Positions 1-8,242 of a stretch of 39,305 nt of DNA are shown one piece after another. This DNA is from Escherichia phage vB_EcoP_SP7. Each line of letters starts with the position of its first letter. Within the stretch, counting starts at the first letter, position 1. Made by a program: the position numbers and the translations under genes. Where the stretch lies: sequence record MT682707.1. One strand, 5' to 3'. The notes under the pieces were generated by a model. It searched no databases, had not been told where the DNA came from, and was given only the letters and a program-made list of their open reading frames with translations.

Positions 1-155
1 TGGTAACTTATGGTCTCTGCCAGCATCACGTCACCAACGCCCGGCTTATGGTCAAGACAGGGCAGTTAAACCATGATGCGACTATGCGTCACCTGAAAGC
101 GGTCTATGAGGGGCGCAAGCGCATACACGACAGCTTACACTCTGAGGACAAGTAA
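1..155 (+). CDS. Early ORF in the gene 0.4 position, 5' end wraps around the window junction (ATG = base 39305 + bases 1-2); about 51 aa
   Basis: Frame is open from base 3 to TAA at 153-155; the start codon is reconstituted across the junction and overlaps the gene 0.3 stop (TAG TGA|TGG). Same length as T7 gp0.4 but no clear sequence similarity. Confidence 0.4.
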   Translation, partial: VTYGLCQHHVTNARLMVKTGQLNHDATMRHLKAVYEGRKRIHDSLHSEDK

Positions 156-157
156 AC

Positions 158-283
158 ATGTATCAGATAACTTATAGCAGCGAACAGGCGTTCTATGATG
201 GGTGCTACGAGATGATGAAACGCGGGGCTTGCTACGTAGCTGATCACCATAACCTGACTATAACGCTGAAAGGCGGTTACTAA
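158..283 (+). CDS. Small early ORF (41 aa), hypothetical
   Basis: ATG at 158 immediately after the previous stop; tightly packed early-gene arrangement. Below the ORF-track length cutoff; no recognisable motif. Confidence 0.3.
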   Translation: MYQITYSSEQAFYDGCYEMMKRGACYVADHHNLTITLKGGY

Positions 284-289
284 CTGCGA

Positions 290-646
290 GTGATAGACGA
301 GAGGTCATCGACCGATAGGTGGCCTCAAAGATTACCACTTACATTGATAGGAGTTAACTATGAACATAGGTTACTGGGTATGCTTATCTCCGGTCATCTT
401 TCTGATAGCTTGGGGCCTTCTGGACGCAATAAAGCGAGGGTCATTCTAATGAGCTGGATACTTCTGGTTATCTTCGGCTATGGACTTATCGCCTACGTGC
501 TGATGAGAGACATCAATAAAGCGCGCAAAGTCTATAAATTCAACTATGTAAGTCTGGGGCGCTGGACTGTACGCCAACCTAATGGACGATTCACGCGTAA
601 CTTAGCGAACGTCTGGGATATAGCAACACTTGGGAGCAAACTGTAA
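290..646 (+). CDS. Early hypothetical protein with a hydrophobic segment (start uncertain; internal ATG at 449 gives a 65-aa membrane peptide)
   Basis: Track ORF starting at a GTG; internal ATG at 449 is preceded by GAGGG and encodes a transmembrane-like stretch (SWILLVIFGYGLIAYVLM). A separate 29-aa hydrophobic ORF (360..449) lies upstream in another frame. Confidence 0.35.
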   Translation: MIDERSSTDRWPQRLPLTLIGVNYEHRLLGMLISGHLSDSLGPSGRNKARVILMSWILLVIFGYGLIAYVLMRDINKARKVYKFNYVSLGRWTVRQPNGRFTRNLANVWDIATLGSKL

Positions 647-1038
647 TGAATATGTCAAATCTGGTACACGCAATGGGCTCAATCATATCGCTTCGCACAT
701 TCACTGATAAGAACGGCGTAGAGTGGAAGTACGTTGGCACGGACTCTCGAGGTCGCAACTACTGGGAGAAGACAGGGAGCAAGACCGCTTATGTACATCG
801 CCACTCGTCACACACCGCACGTCAACAGCAGGAGCGGGACAGTGTACTACAGGCACGACTCCGGGCAGAGGGCCATAAGTCTGAGCTGATGTATCTAGCG
901 TATGGTGGACGGCCAATCACCGACGATGGTAAACTTCTGGTCTCAGGCTGGAAGGCGATAGACCAACGGTCAACCATCAAGCACACTACCCATGGTGACT
1001 TCAGCCATCTACACGCTAACCCTCTGATATGCAAGTAA
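646..1038 (+). CDS. Early hypothetical protein (130 aa)
   Basis: ATG overlaps the upstream stop (TAATGA); sits where T7 has gene 0.6/0.7 but has no kinase motifs. Confidence 0.5.
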   Translation: MNMSNLVHAMGSIISLRTFTDKNGVEWKYVGTDSRGRNYWEKTGSKTAYVHRHSSHTARQQQERDSVLQARLRAEGHKSELMYLAYGGRPITDDGKLLVSGWKAIDQRSTIKHTTHGDFSHLHANPLICK

Positions 1039-1043
1039 TTATG

Positions 1044-1066
1044 ACTTAACTATCACTATAGGACTC
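1044..1066 (+). promoter_or_regulatory. Phage-RNAP promoter immediately upstream of the RNAP gene
   Basis: ACTTAACTATCACTATAGGACTC matches the consensus of the other ten promoters; predicted +1 G at 1061. Confidence 0.7.
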
Positions 1067-1135
1067 AAGGTCTAAGACTACAAGTGAAATACCAAAGAGA
1101 CTTTAAGTGAAAGACTAATAACAAGGACTTTAAGT

Positions 1136-3817
1136 ATGAGCGTCATCTCTATTGACAAACACGACTTCTCTGATGTGTCGAACGCCATTGAGCCGTTTAA
1201 CCTGCTGGCTGACCATTACGGGCAAGACCTTGCAGTTAAACAGCTTCAGCTTGAGCATGAGGCATACACTGAAGGCGAGCGACGTTTCATCAAAAACCTT
1301 GAGCGCCAGACTGAGCGCGGGGAATTGGCAGACAATCAGGTAGCCAAGCCTCTCATGCAGACTCTGGTCCCTAAGATTGCGCAAGCCGTCAAGGAGTGGC
1401 ACGAAGGCGCGGACGGGAAGCTGTCAACTTCTCGCCCTAGCGTAGCGTTCACCATGTTGAGCACTGAAGAGAAGGCCGTCAAGGACCGCTCTCTACGCAT
1501 ATCCTGTGAGTCTGCTGCGGTTATCATACTGAAGGTCATCCTCTCCAAGCTGGTCAAGCCTGAAGGGATACCGATTACACCGATGGCCTCCGCGATAGGT
1601 CGCACACTTGAGGATGAAATCCGCTTCGGTCGCATCCGTGACAAGGAGCAGGAGCACTTCAAGAAGGCGATAGCTGAGAACCTGAACAAGCGCGCCGGGG
1701 CATCCTACAAAAAAGCCTACATGCAAGCGGTTGAGACATCCATGCTGGAGCAAGGACAGCTTGAAGATGCGTGGGGGACTTGGAGTCCGACCGAGGCGGT
1801 ACACGTTGGCATCAAGATGCTTGAGATTGTCATCCAGTCTACGCAACTGGTCGAGCTTAAGCGTTATGGTGCTGGCAATGCAGCGGCTGACGTTGAGATG
1901 GTCCACCTGTCAGACTTCTGGGTCAAGAAGATGGCACAACGTGGATTCAGCCTTGCGGGTATCGCACCAGTCTATCAGCCTTGCGTAGTTCCACCTAAGC
2001 CGTGGACGGGTGTCGTAGGCGGTGGTTACTGGGCTAAAGGTCGCAGACCGTTACCATTGATTCGCTTAGGGTCTAAGTCTGCGGTAGCACGTTACGAAGA
2101 CGTGTACATGCCTGAAGTCTATGACGCTGTGAACATCATCCAGAATACACCTTGGAAAGTTAACAAGAAGGTACTGGACGTGGTGAACATGGTCGAGAAG
2201 CTGAACAACACGCCTATTGATGACATCCCTCAGATGGAACCACTGAAGCCTGAGGACTACGCGGGTGAGACCGAAGAGGACCTCAAGGCATGGAAGAAGG
2301 CTGCTGCTGGTATCTACCGCCGAGAGAAGGCCCGGCAGTCACGCAGATTGTCACTGAGCTTTATCGTTAACCAAGCGAACAAGTTCTCTCAGTTCAAGGC
2401 CATCTGGTTCCCGTACAACATGGACTGGCGCGGTCGCGTCTACGCTGTGCCGATGTTCAACCCTCAGGGTAACGACATGCAGAAGGGTCTCCTGACTCTG
2501 GCAGTCGGCAAGCCCATTGGTGCTGATGGTTTCAAATGGCTGAAGGTCCACGGTGCAAACTGTGCTGGTGTCGATAAAGTCACCTTCGAGGAGCGCATCA
2601 AGTGGGTGGAAGACAACCACGACAACATCATGGCTGCTGCTAAGGCACCGATGGATAGCATTGAGTGGTGGGGCAAGTTAGACTCTCCGTTCTGCTTCCT
2701 TGCGTTCTGCTTCGAGTATGCTGGCGTAATGCACCACGGCCTGTCTTACTCCTGCTCTCTGCCCATAGCGTTCGATGGGTCCTGCTCCGGTATTCAGCAC
2801 TTTAGTGCTATGCTTCGTGACCACATCGGCGGACATGCAGTAAACCTGACGCCTTCCGGTAAGGTCCAAGACATCTACCGCATCGTGTCTGACCGCATTG
2901 AGGAGGAGCTTAAAGTCCTGCTGGTTAATGGCACGGACAACGAGGTGGTCACTCACGAGGACAAGAAAACTGGTGAGATTACCGAACGTCTCAAGCTGGG
3001 TACACGAGAGTTGGCCCGTCAGTGGCTGACTTACGGTATGTCACGCAAGGTCACTAAGCGTTCAGTCATGACTCTGGCCTATGGGTCGAAAGAGTACGGC
3101 TTCGCAGACCAAGTTTACGAGGACATCGTAATGCCTGCGATTGACTCAGGGTCTGGCGCTATGTTCACCGAACCAAGCCAAGCGTCCCGCTTCATGGCTA
3201 AGATGATTTGGGAAGCCGTGAGTGTGACCGTGGTTGCTGCTGTTGACGCGATGAAGTGGCTTCAAGGTGCTGCCAAGCTGCTGGCTGCTGAAGTGAAGGA
3301 CAAAAAGACTGGAGAAATCCTGAAGCCTTGCCTTCCGGTACACTGGGTCACACCTGATGGTTTCCCGGTCTGGCAGGAATACCGCAAGAAGGATACCACT
3401 CGTCTGAATCTGATGTTCTTAGGGTCATTCAACCTTCAGCCTACCGTCAACAAAGGCACGAAGAAGGAGTTGGATAAGCACAAGCAGGAGTCAGGTATTA
3501 GCCCGAACTTCGTCCACTCACAAGATGGTAGCCACCTACGCAAGACTGTAGTCCACACTCACCGCAAGTATGGCGTGATGTCATTCGCAGTGATTCACGA
3601 TAGCTTCGGGACCATCCCGGCTGACGCTGAGTATCTGTTCCGTGGTGTCCGTGAGACGATGGTCGAGACCTACCGAGACAACGATGTGCTGCTTGACTTC
3701 TACGAGCAGTTTGAATACCAACTTCATGAGAGCCAACGCGACAAGCTGCCTGAGCTTCCGAAGAAAGGTAAACTGAATATCGAAGACATCTTGTCTTCAG
3801 ACTTTGCATTCGCTTAA
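1136..3817 (+). CDS. DNA-directed RNA polymerase, single-subunit T7 type (gene 1), 893 aa
   Basis: Collinear with recalled T7 RNAP along its length (e.g. FNLLADHYG, CVVPPKPWTG, FPYNMDWRGRVYAV, HGANCAGVDK, SPFCFLAFCFEYAGV, LPIAFDGSCSGIQHFSAMLRD, SFAVIHDSFGT, C-terminal SDFAFA). Confidence 0.98.
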   Translation: MSVISIDKHDFSDVSNAIEPFNLLADHYGQDLAVKQLQLEHEAYTEGERRFIKNLERQTERGELADNQVAKPLMQTLVPKIAQAVKEWHEGADGKLSTSRPSVAFTMLSTEEKAVKDRSLRISCESAAVIILKVILSKLVKPEGIPITPMASAIGRTLEDEIRFGRIRDKEQEHFKKAIAENLNKRAGASYKKAYMQAVETSMLEQGQLEDAWGTWSPTEAVHVGIKMLEIVIQSTQLVELKRYGAGNAAADVEMVHLSDFWVKKMAQRGFSLAGIAPVYQPCVVPPKPWTGVVGGGYWAKGRRPLPLIRLGSKSAVARYEDVYMPEVYDAVNIIQNTPWKVNKKVLDVVNMVEKLNNTPIDDIPQMEPLKPEDYAGETEEDLKAWKKAAAGIYRREKARQSRRLSLSFIVNQANKFSQFKAIWFPYNMDWRGRVYAVPMFNPQGNDMQKGLLTLAVGKPIGADGFKWLKVHGANCAGVDKVTFEERIKWVEDNHDNIMAAAKAPMDSIEWWGKLDSPFCFLAFCFEYAGVMHHGLSYSCSLPIAFDGSCSGIQHFSAMLRDHIGGHAVNLTPSGKVQDIYRIVSDRIEEELKVLLVNGTDNEVVTHEDKKTGEITERLKLGTRELARQWLTYGMSRKVTKRSVMTLAYGSKEYGFADQVYEDIVMPAIDSGSGAMFTEPSQASRFMAKMIWEAVSVTVVAAVDAMKWLQGAAKLLAAEVKDKKTGEILKPCLPVHWVTPDGFPVWQEYRKKDTTRLNLMFLGSFNLQPTVNKGTKKELDKHKQESGISPNFVHSQDGSHLRKTVVHTHRKYGVMSFAVIHDSFGTIPADAEYLFRGVRETMVETYRDNDVLLDFYEQFEYQLHESQRDKLPELPKKGKLNIEDILSSDFAFA

Positions 3818-3829
3818 CAGGAGAGAGTT

Positions 3830-4045
3830 ATGAAATTCGCACACAAGCAGACTGGCGTTAAGGGTGGGACTCAAATCGTGACCGTAACAGAACACAACGG
3901 CAAGGGTCTGGTGAAGACCACTGTCATTCCAACTAAGATGTCCAAGCAGCTTAACATCCCGTTCAAGACCCTTGTATATCTGGTCGAGTCCAGCCATGAG
4001 AAGTACCTGAAGGACGCAGTGTCTAAACTGGAGCAGACCAAATGA
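3830..4045 (+). CDS. Hypothetical protein (71 aa), no T7 counterpart at this position
   Basis: ORF with RBS directly after gene 1; lies upstream of the promoter/RNase III pair that marks the gene 1.1 start in T7. Confidence 0.5.
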   Translation: MKFAHKQTGVKGGTQIVTVTEHNGKGLVKTTVIPTKMSKQLNIPFKTLVYLVESSHEKYLKDAVSKLEQTK

Positions 4046-4123
4046 CAGACCTACAGTTACTGGCCTTGTGGCTGGGAGCACTCGCAGTATTCACTTTAAT
4101 CCAACGCAGAAGAGGTTAACCCT

Positions 4124-4591
4124 ATGTTCGGTAAGTCAAAACTTAGAGCACAAATCAAAGAGTTGAGCATGAAGGTGGCATACTTGGAGCGAGCCGTAAT
4201 GGTCAGGGATAAAGACAACGAGAGACTGAAGGTTAAACTTGCTGAATCAGAGCGTAAGCGCCTAACGACACCAGCGGCTGTAACTGTCAAGCGTATGGTA
4301 GGCATCAAGTTCAAGGCACTTTTCAACGGTCTATACCAACCGACTGAGTTCAAGACCGGGCCGGGTAGCTGTGGGAAGAACGTTAAGCACTTCACCACAT
4401 CGAAGACTGAACGCACCATTACCATCCACCAACACCACGTAGACGGGTCTCAGAAAGACTTTGAGTACCGACTGAGCGACATAGACGGTCGCATCCAGTA
4501 TGACTACGAGCTGGTTCGGCTCTACGGCGAGGAGGAAGAGCAGGAACGTATAGTCCAAGCCTTCCGCAACATACCACGATTCATGCCCTAA
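4124..4591 (+). CDS. Hypothetical protein (155 aa) with predicted N-terminal coiled coil
   Basis: ORF with GAGG RBS; N-terminal heptad-like charged region (KELSMKVAYLERAVMVRDKDNERLKVKLAESERKRL). No recognised homolog. Confidence 0.55.
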   Translation: MFGKSKLRAQIKELSMKVAYLERAVMVRDKDNERLKVKLAESERKRLTTPAAVTVKRMVGIKFKALFNGLYQPTEFKTGPGSCGKNVKHFTTSKTERTITIHQHHVDGSQKDFEYRLSDIDGRIQYDYELVRLYGEEEEQERIVQAFRNIPRFMP

Positions 4592-4609
4592 ACTATCACT
4601 ATAGGATTA
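4587..4609 (+). promoter_or_regulatory. Phage-RNAP promoter (phi1.1 position)
   Basis: CTAAACTATCACTATAGGATTAG; +1 at 4604. Confidence 0.8.
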
Positions 4610-4650
4610 GACTCAAGGTCATGACTCAAAGTCGTGGCCTTCATGATTAA
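4609..4650 (+). promoter_or_regulatory. RNase III processing site (R1.1-like)
   Basis: AGACTCAAGGTCA...GTGGCCTTCATGATTAA; the same conserved element recurs at 11899 and 34856 and resembles the recalled T7 R0.5 site GACTCAAGGTCGC..GAGTGGCCTTTATGATT. Confidence 0.7.
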
Positions 4651-4679
4651 CCCTAACTCATTCAATCAGGAGCTACACC

Positions 4680-4859
4680 ATGTATCAGAACACTATCAAC
4701 TTCGAGCGCATCCGTGAACGTCAGCAGACTGAAGGTTACATTCCTAAGGGTCGCAAGCTGAACAAGACCAAACGTGGCGGTGGTGTCAAGGGTGCTTTCC
4801 GTAATGCTGAAGGTAAAGACTCTCTGGTTAACCAAGAGAAGTATTTCGTAGGAGCATAA
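4680..4859 (+). CDS. gp1.1-like small basic protein (59 aa)
   Basis: Contains KGRKLNKTKR, matching the recalled T7 gp1.1 motif; sits directly after promoter plus RNase III site as in T7. Confidence 0.6.
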   Translation: MYQNTINFERIRERQQTEGYIPKGRKLNKTKRGGGVKGAFRNAEGKDSLVNQEKYFVGA

Positions 4860-4863
4860 CCAA

Positions 4864-5127
4864 ATGGGCCGACTTTATAGTGGCAACCTCAACGCTTTCA
4901 AAGCAGCGTGTAACAGGCTCTATCAGTTAGACTTCGCTGTCATATCTCAAGAGTTTCAAGACCATGTGTCACGCCAAGAGTGCATGAAACTCAGGGTGGA
5001 GGACCGAGCTGGTAACATCTTCGCGCTTGAGACCTTCGCACACCACGATGAAGACGTACTGTACAACACTGCAACAGACTTCCTTAATGGTCTCGCTGAC
5101 CACCTCGACACATGGAGCAAATCATAA
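4864..5127 (+). CDS. gp1.2-like inhibitor of host dGTP triphosphohydrolase
   Basis: MGRLYSGNLNAFKAA..QLDFAVI..RVEDRAGN..HHDEDVLYN closely matches recalled T7 gp1.2. Confidence 0.85.
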   Translation: MGRLYSGNLNAFKAACNRLYQLDFAVISQEFQDHVSRQECMKLRVEDRAGNIFALETFAHHDEDVLYNTATDFLNGLADHLDTWSKS

Positions 5128-6233
5128 TGACTACGACTATTAAAACTAACCCGCACCGCGCTGTAGATTACTCTGAGTCCGGCGTTAAGAAAGCACTGGA
5201 AGCTGCCGGGTCACTGGAAGCTGAGGTGAAGTATGACGGTGTGCGCCTGAATCTCCCGGTCTTCCCGACAGGCGAGACCCAGTGGTTGAGCCGAGAGTCC
5301 AAGCCGCTTCCAGCCCTTGAATGGCTATCTGTCCTGACCAGCCTCGACAATATCGTGGAAGACCAGCAGCGCGCTAGCGACTGGCGGTGGTTCCTGAAGC
5401 AAGCTGGCTATGAGGGGACTGGCCTGATGGTTGATGGCGAGGTCATGGTGAAAGGGGTAGACTTCAACACATCCTCAGGTCTCATCCGAACGAAGTGGGT
5501 AAAGCAAAAGAACTTTGAGTTTTCAACTGGTGAGCACTGGGGTAAGAACTGGAAGAAAGAGAATCTACCGTTCTGTCTTGACAGGAAGCACATCAAGGTG
5601 GTCGTCTATGGTATCATCGACCTTAACGTCATCCTCGACCCGAAAGCCGAAGGTCCTATCCATAGCGTCACACGCCTGAAGGCCGAAGCTATCGTCCCTC
5701 TACTTCAGAAATACTTCCCGGAAATCGACTGGGTTCTGTCTGAGTCACACACGGTCTATGACCTTGAGTCGCTCAACTCCCTGTACGAAGAGAAGCGTCT
5801 GGAAGGACACGAGGGTCTGGTAGTCAAAGACCCACTTGGTAAATACAAGCGTGGTAAGAAGTCAGGCATGTGGAAAATGAAGCCTGAGGAGACAATTGAC
5901 GGGACCGTGTGTGGACTCGTGTGGGGGACTCAGGGTAAGGCCAACGAAGGCAAGGTCATTGGTTTTGAGGTTCTCTTGGAGGATGGCATGGTGGTTAACG
6001 CCTGTGGCCTGACTGAGGATCAGAAGGACGAGTTCACGGCAGAAGTATTTAACCGCAATGGGATTGACTCCCAGCGCGAGTACGAGGAATTGCTTTGTAT
6101 TGAGACTTTCAACCCTTACGGCGGGTGGCAGTGCGAGGTCCTCTTCATGGAGCGCTTCCCAGATGGTTCCTTACGTCACCCTAGCTTCAAGTGCTGGCGC
6201 GGGACGGAAGACAACCCTACCATTAAGAGCTAA
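5127..6233 (+). CDS. ATP-dependent DNA ligase (gene 1.3)
   Basis: IKTNP N-terminus, adenylation motif EVKYDGVR, and LMVDGEVMVKGVDFNTSSGLIRTKW match recalled T7 ligase. ATG at 5127 overlaps the gene 1.2 stop (track start 5112 is less likely). Confidence 0.95.
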   Translation: MTTTIKTNPHRAVDYSESGVKKALEAAGSLEAEVKYDGVRLNLPVFPTGETQWLSRESKPLPALEWLSVLTSLDNIVEDQQRASDWRWFLKQAGYEGTGLMVDGEVMVKGVDFNTSSGLIRTKWVKQKNFEFSTGEHWGKNWKKENLPFCLDRKHIKVVVYGIIDLNVILDPKAEGPIHSVTRLKAEAIVPLLQKYFPEIDWVLSESHTVYDLESLNSLYEEKRLEGHEGLVVKDPLGKYKRGKKSGMWKMKPEETIDGTVCGLVWGTQGKANEGKVIGFEVLLEDGMVVNACGLTEDQKDEFTAEVFNRNGIDSQREYEELLCIETFNPYGGWQCEVLFMERFPDGSLRHPSFKCWRGTEDNPTIKS

Positions 6234-6243
6234 CTAAATGTCA

Positions 6244-6276
6244 ACCCAGTGGTCTTAGGACTGCTGGGTCTTTTCA
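6244..6276 (+). terminator. Rho-independent terminator, probable early terminator TE
   Basis: CCCAGTGGTC-TTAG-GACTGCTGGG stem-loop (10 bp including G-U pairs) followed by TCTTTTC; same position after ligase as T7 TE. Confidence 0.6.
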
Positions 6277-6294
6277 CATCTGGAGGTTTACCAA

Positions 6295-6507
6295 ATGTCT
6301 AAGACCAAATTGTTTATCGGACAGTGGGACGTATGGGCGGTGACTGATGGCGTCGTTAGAGTCTGCCCTAAGTATCGCTTTATACTTGGCTACTATGAGT
6401 GGCGTGACGCCTACAGGACTGTATCGTCCCTTGAGGCAGACGAAGGGGTGAAGACCTTAGAGGTCAACAACTTCACTGAGAAGTCCGACCCTAAACTATC
6501 ACTGTAG
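6295..6507 (+). CDS. Hypothetical protein (70 aa), gene 1.4-1.6 region
   Basis: ORF with RBS (GGAGG) after the terminator. Confidence 0.5.
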   Translation: MSKTKLFIGQWDVWAVTDGVVRVCPKYRFILGYYEWRDAYRTVSSLEADEGVKTLEVNNFTEKSDPKLSL

Positions 6508-6512
6508 GACCA
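6490..6512 (+). promoter_or_regulatory. Phage-RNAP promoter, variant core CACTGTAGG
   Basis: CCTAAACTATCACTGTAGGACCA; A to G at -3 relative to consensus. Confidence 0.6.
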
Positions 6513-6546
6513 ACGTCGAGTTCATCAACTCAAAGGAGTAAACACT

Positions 6547-6807
6547 ATGTCTAAGAACTTAATGTTCAACCGTTATTCCAATACCTTCCACCTGTCCCAC
6601 AACCCGTTCGCTTGCATTAAGCGTAACGAGAAGCTGGGATACTTCGGGAAGGCCGTTAAGCTGTCACCTACAGTCTACGCGCTGATTACTCCGGGCAAAG
6701 CTGAAGAGGCTCGCCAGAAGCGTGAGACCAACGTACCTGTGGTCTACACTAAGTGGCCTCGCGTCCGTCTGTTCGTTGAGTTCGTGAAGGAGGTGGTAAA
6801 TGATTAA
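6547..6807 (+). CDS. Hypothetical protein (86 aa)
   Basis: ORF with AAAGGAG RBS. Confidence 0.5.
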   Translation: MSKNLMFNRYSNTFHLSHNPFACIKRNEKLGYFGKAVKLSPTVYALITPGKAEEARQKRETNVPVVYTKWPRVRLFVEFVKEVVND

Positions 6808-7249
6808 CCATAAACCAACTGCTGCCCAAGAACTTCTGGCACTTAACTTTAACGTAAGAGACGAAGCTAGCTGCGGTAAGGGGATAATCTGCAAGGGACT
6901 ATCATGTGATCGATGTCCAATGGTAGGTCAGTTGTCAGGTGATGGAGAGTACAAGACCCTTCGTGACTTACGGGCCTCTGTTGGAACAGTGGGAACGTGC
7001 AGCGAAGACGATGGTGTACGCAAGCCTCCCCACTATCAGGTCTTTGACGGTGTGGAATCCATTGAGGTTATCGCTAGGTCTATGACTGTCAGCGAGTTCC
7101 GTGGTTTCTGCATGGGTAACGTCCTGAAGTATCGACTACGAGCTGGTAAGAAGTCAGAGCTGGCGACTATGGAGAAGGACCTGAACAAAGCAGCCTTCTA
7201 TCAGGAGCTGTTCGACCTACATAAAGGTAAGTGCTATGCTGCCGAGTGA
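6800..7249 (+). CDS. Hypothetical Cys-rich protein (149 aa), possibly DUF3310-like C-terminus
   Basis: Cys cluster CGKGIICKGLSCDRCP; C-terminal GNVLKYRLRAGKK resembles the recalled DUF3310 signature (low certainty). Confidence 0.5.
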   Translation: MINHKPTAAQELLALNFNVRDEASCGKGIICKGLSCDRCPMVGQLSGDGEYKTLRDLRASVGTVGTCSEDDGVRKPPHYQVFDGVESIEVIARSMTVSEFRGFCMGNVLKYRLRAGKKSELATMEKDLNKAAFYQELFDLHKGKCYAAE

Positions 7250-7326
7250 GTGGTGCCGGGAGATGTACGAGAAGACTCTCAACCCGGACTACATTACGCT
7301 ATACAACCAATGGAAGGAGCGCGGTT

Positions 7327-7486
7327 TATGACTGAGGTTGAGAAGAAATACATCGTGGAGCTTGAGGGTCGCGTTCAGTCCTTCGAGGTTCCGGTGTACG
7401 CAAAGTCTCTTGAAGAGGCTACCATGAAGTCCCAAGAGTATGAGGACGCTGGGTTTGTGGTCGGACGGATTCGTCCTGAGACCTAA
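7327..7486 (+). CDS. gp2-like inhibitor of host RNA polymerase
   Basis: [14 protein letters not shown]...[10 protein letters not shown] matches recalled T7 gp2 (SFEVPIYAETLDEA...AGFEVTRVRP). AAGGAG sits 8 nt upstream of ATG 7327; the track's 7250 start is a GTG with no RBS. Confidence 0.75.
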
Positions 7487-7504
7487 ACTATCACTGTAGG
7501 ACAG
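7482..7504 (+). promoter_or_regulatory. Phage-RNAP promoter (phi2.5 position), variant core CACTGTAGG
   Basis: CCTAAACTATCACTGTAGGACAG. Confidence 0.6.
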
Positions 7505-7543
7505 ACGTCCAGTTCGTAACTTTAAAATAGGAGATTTACACCA

Positions 7544-8242
7544 ATGGCTAAAGAGCAACTGAAGACTTTCACCACTCCGGTAGCTGGTATCGTTGAGCCT
7601 TACGCATGGCTAAACAAAGCAGACACCAAGTTCAACGAGCGTGGTGAACACAAAGTCAACCTGACATTCGACCTGAACAACACGAAGGTCCGTAAGATGA
7701 TTGATGTCTTACAGAAGATTCATGACGATGCCTATGCGAAAGCACTCGCAGACCACGAGAAGAACCCACCTCAGGTTCAGCGTGGTAAGAAGCCTATTGA
7801 ACCACGAGAAGGCGACATGCCGTGGATTGAGAATGGTGACGGTACTGTTACCCTGAAGTTTAAGTGCTTCGCGTCTTACCTGAAGGATGGTAAGTCAGAG
7901 CCTATCGTATTACGGTTCTACGACACCGATGCTAAACTCATCCGTGACGTCCCGAATATTGGCGCTGGGTCTAAGCTGAAGGTCAAGTTCAAAGTCCTGC
8001 CGTTCAAGTGGAACGCTGCGACTGGTGCAAGCGTTAAGCTCCAGCTTGAGTCCTGCCTTCTGGTAGAACTGAAGGAGTGGAAAGGTGATGGTGCTGGTGG
8101 TGATGGTGGCTGGGGTGATGATGAAGACCTTGGTACTGGCTACAAAGCGTCAACAGATGGTGACTTCGGGTCTGATGACTTCGGTGATGATGGCTCCGAA
8201 GGTGGTGATGACTCCAGCTCTGGTGGCGATTACGACTTCTAA
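7544..8242 (+). CDS. Single-stranded DNA-binding protein (gene 2.5), 232 aa
   Basis: Same length as T7 gp2.5; conserved NPP..RGKKP, GDMP, ENGDGT, KLKVKFKV..KWNAATGASVKLQLES and the acidic C-terminal tail ending in F. Confidence 0.95.
   Translation: MAKEQLKTFTTPVAGIVEPYAWLNKADTKFNERGEHKVNLTFDLNNTKVRKMIDVLQKIHDDAYAKALADHEKNPPQVQRGKKPIEPREGDMPWIENGDGTVTLKFKCFASYLKDGKSEPIVLRFYDTDAKLIRDVPNIGAGSKLKVKFKVLPFKWNAATGASVKLQLESCLLVELKEWKGDGAGGDGGWGDDEDLGTGYKASTDGDFGSDDFGDDGSEGGDDSSSGGDYDF

Noticed and set aside
5112-5126. Track start of the ligase ORF at 5112
   Set aside because: The ATG at 5127 overlaps the gene 1.2 stop and aligns with the recalled T7 ligase N-terminus (IKTNP), so the upstream extension is probably not translated.
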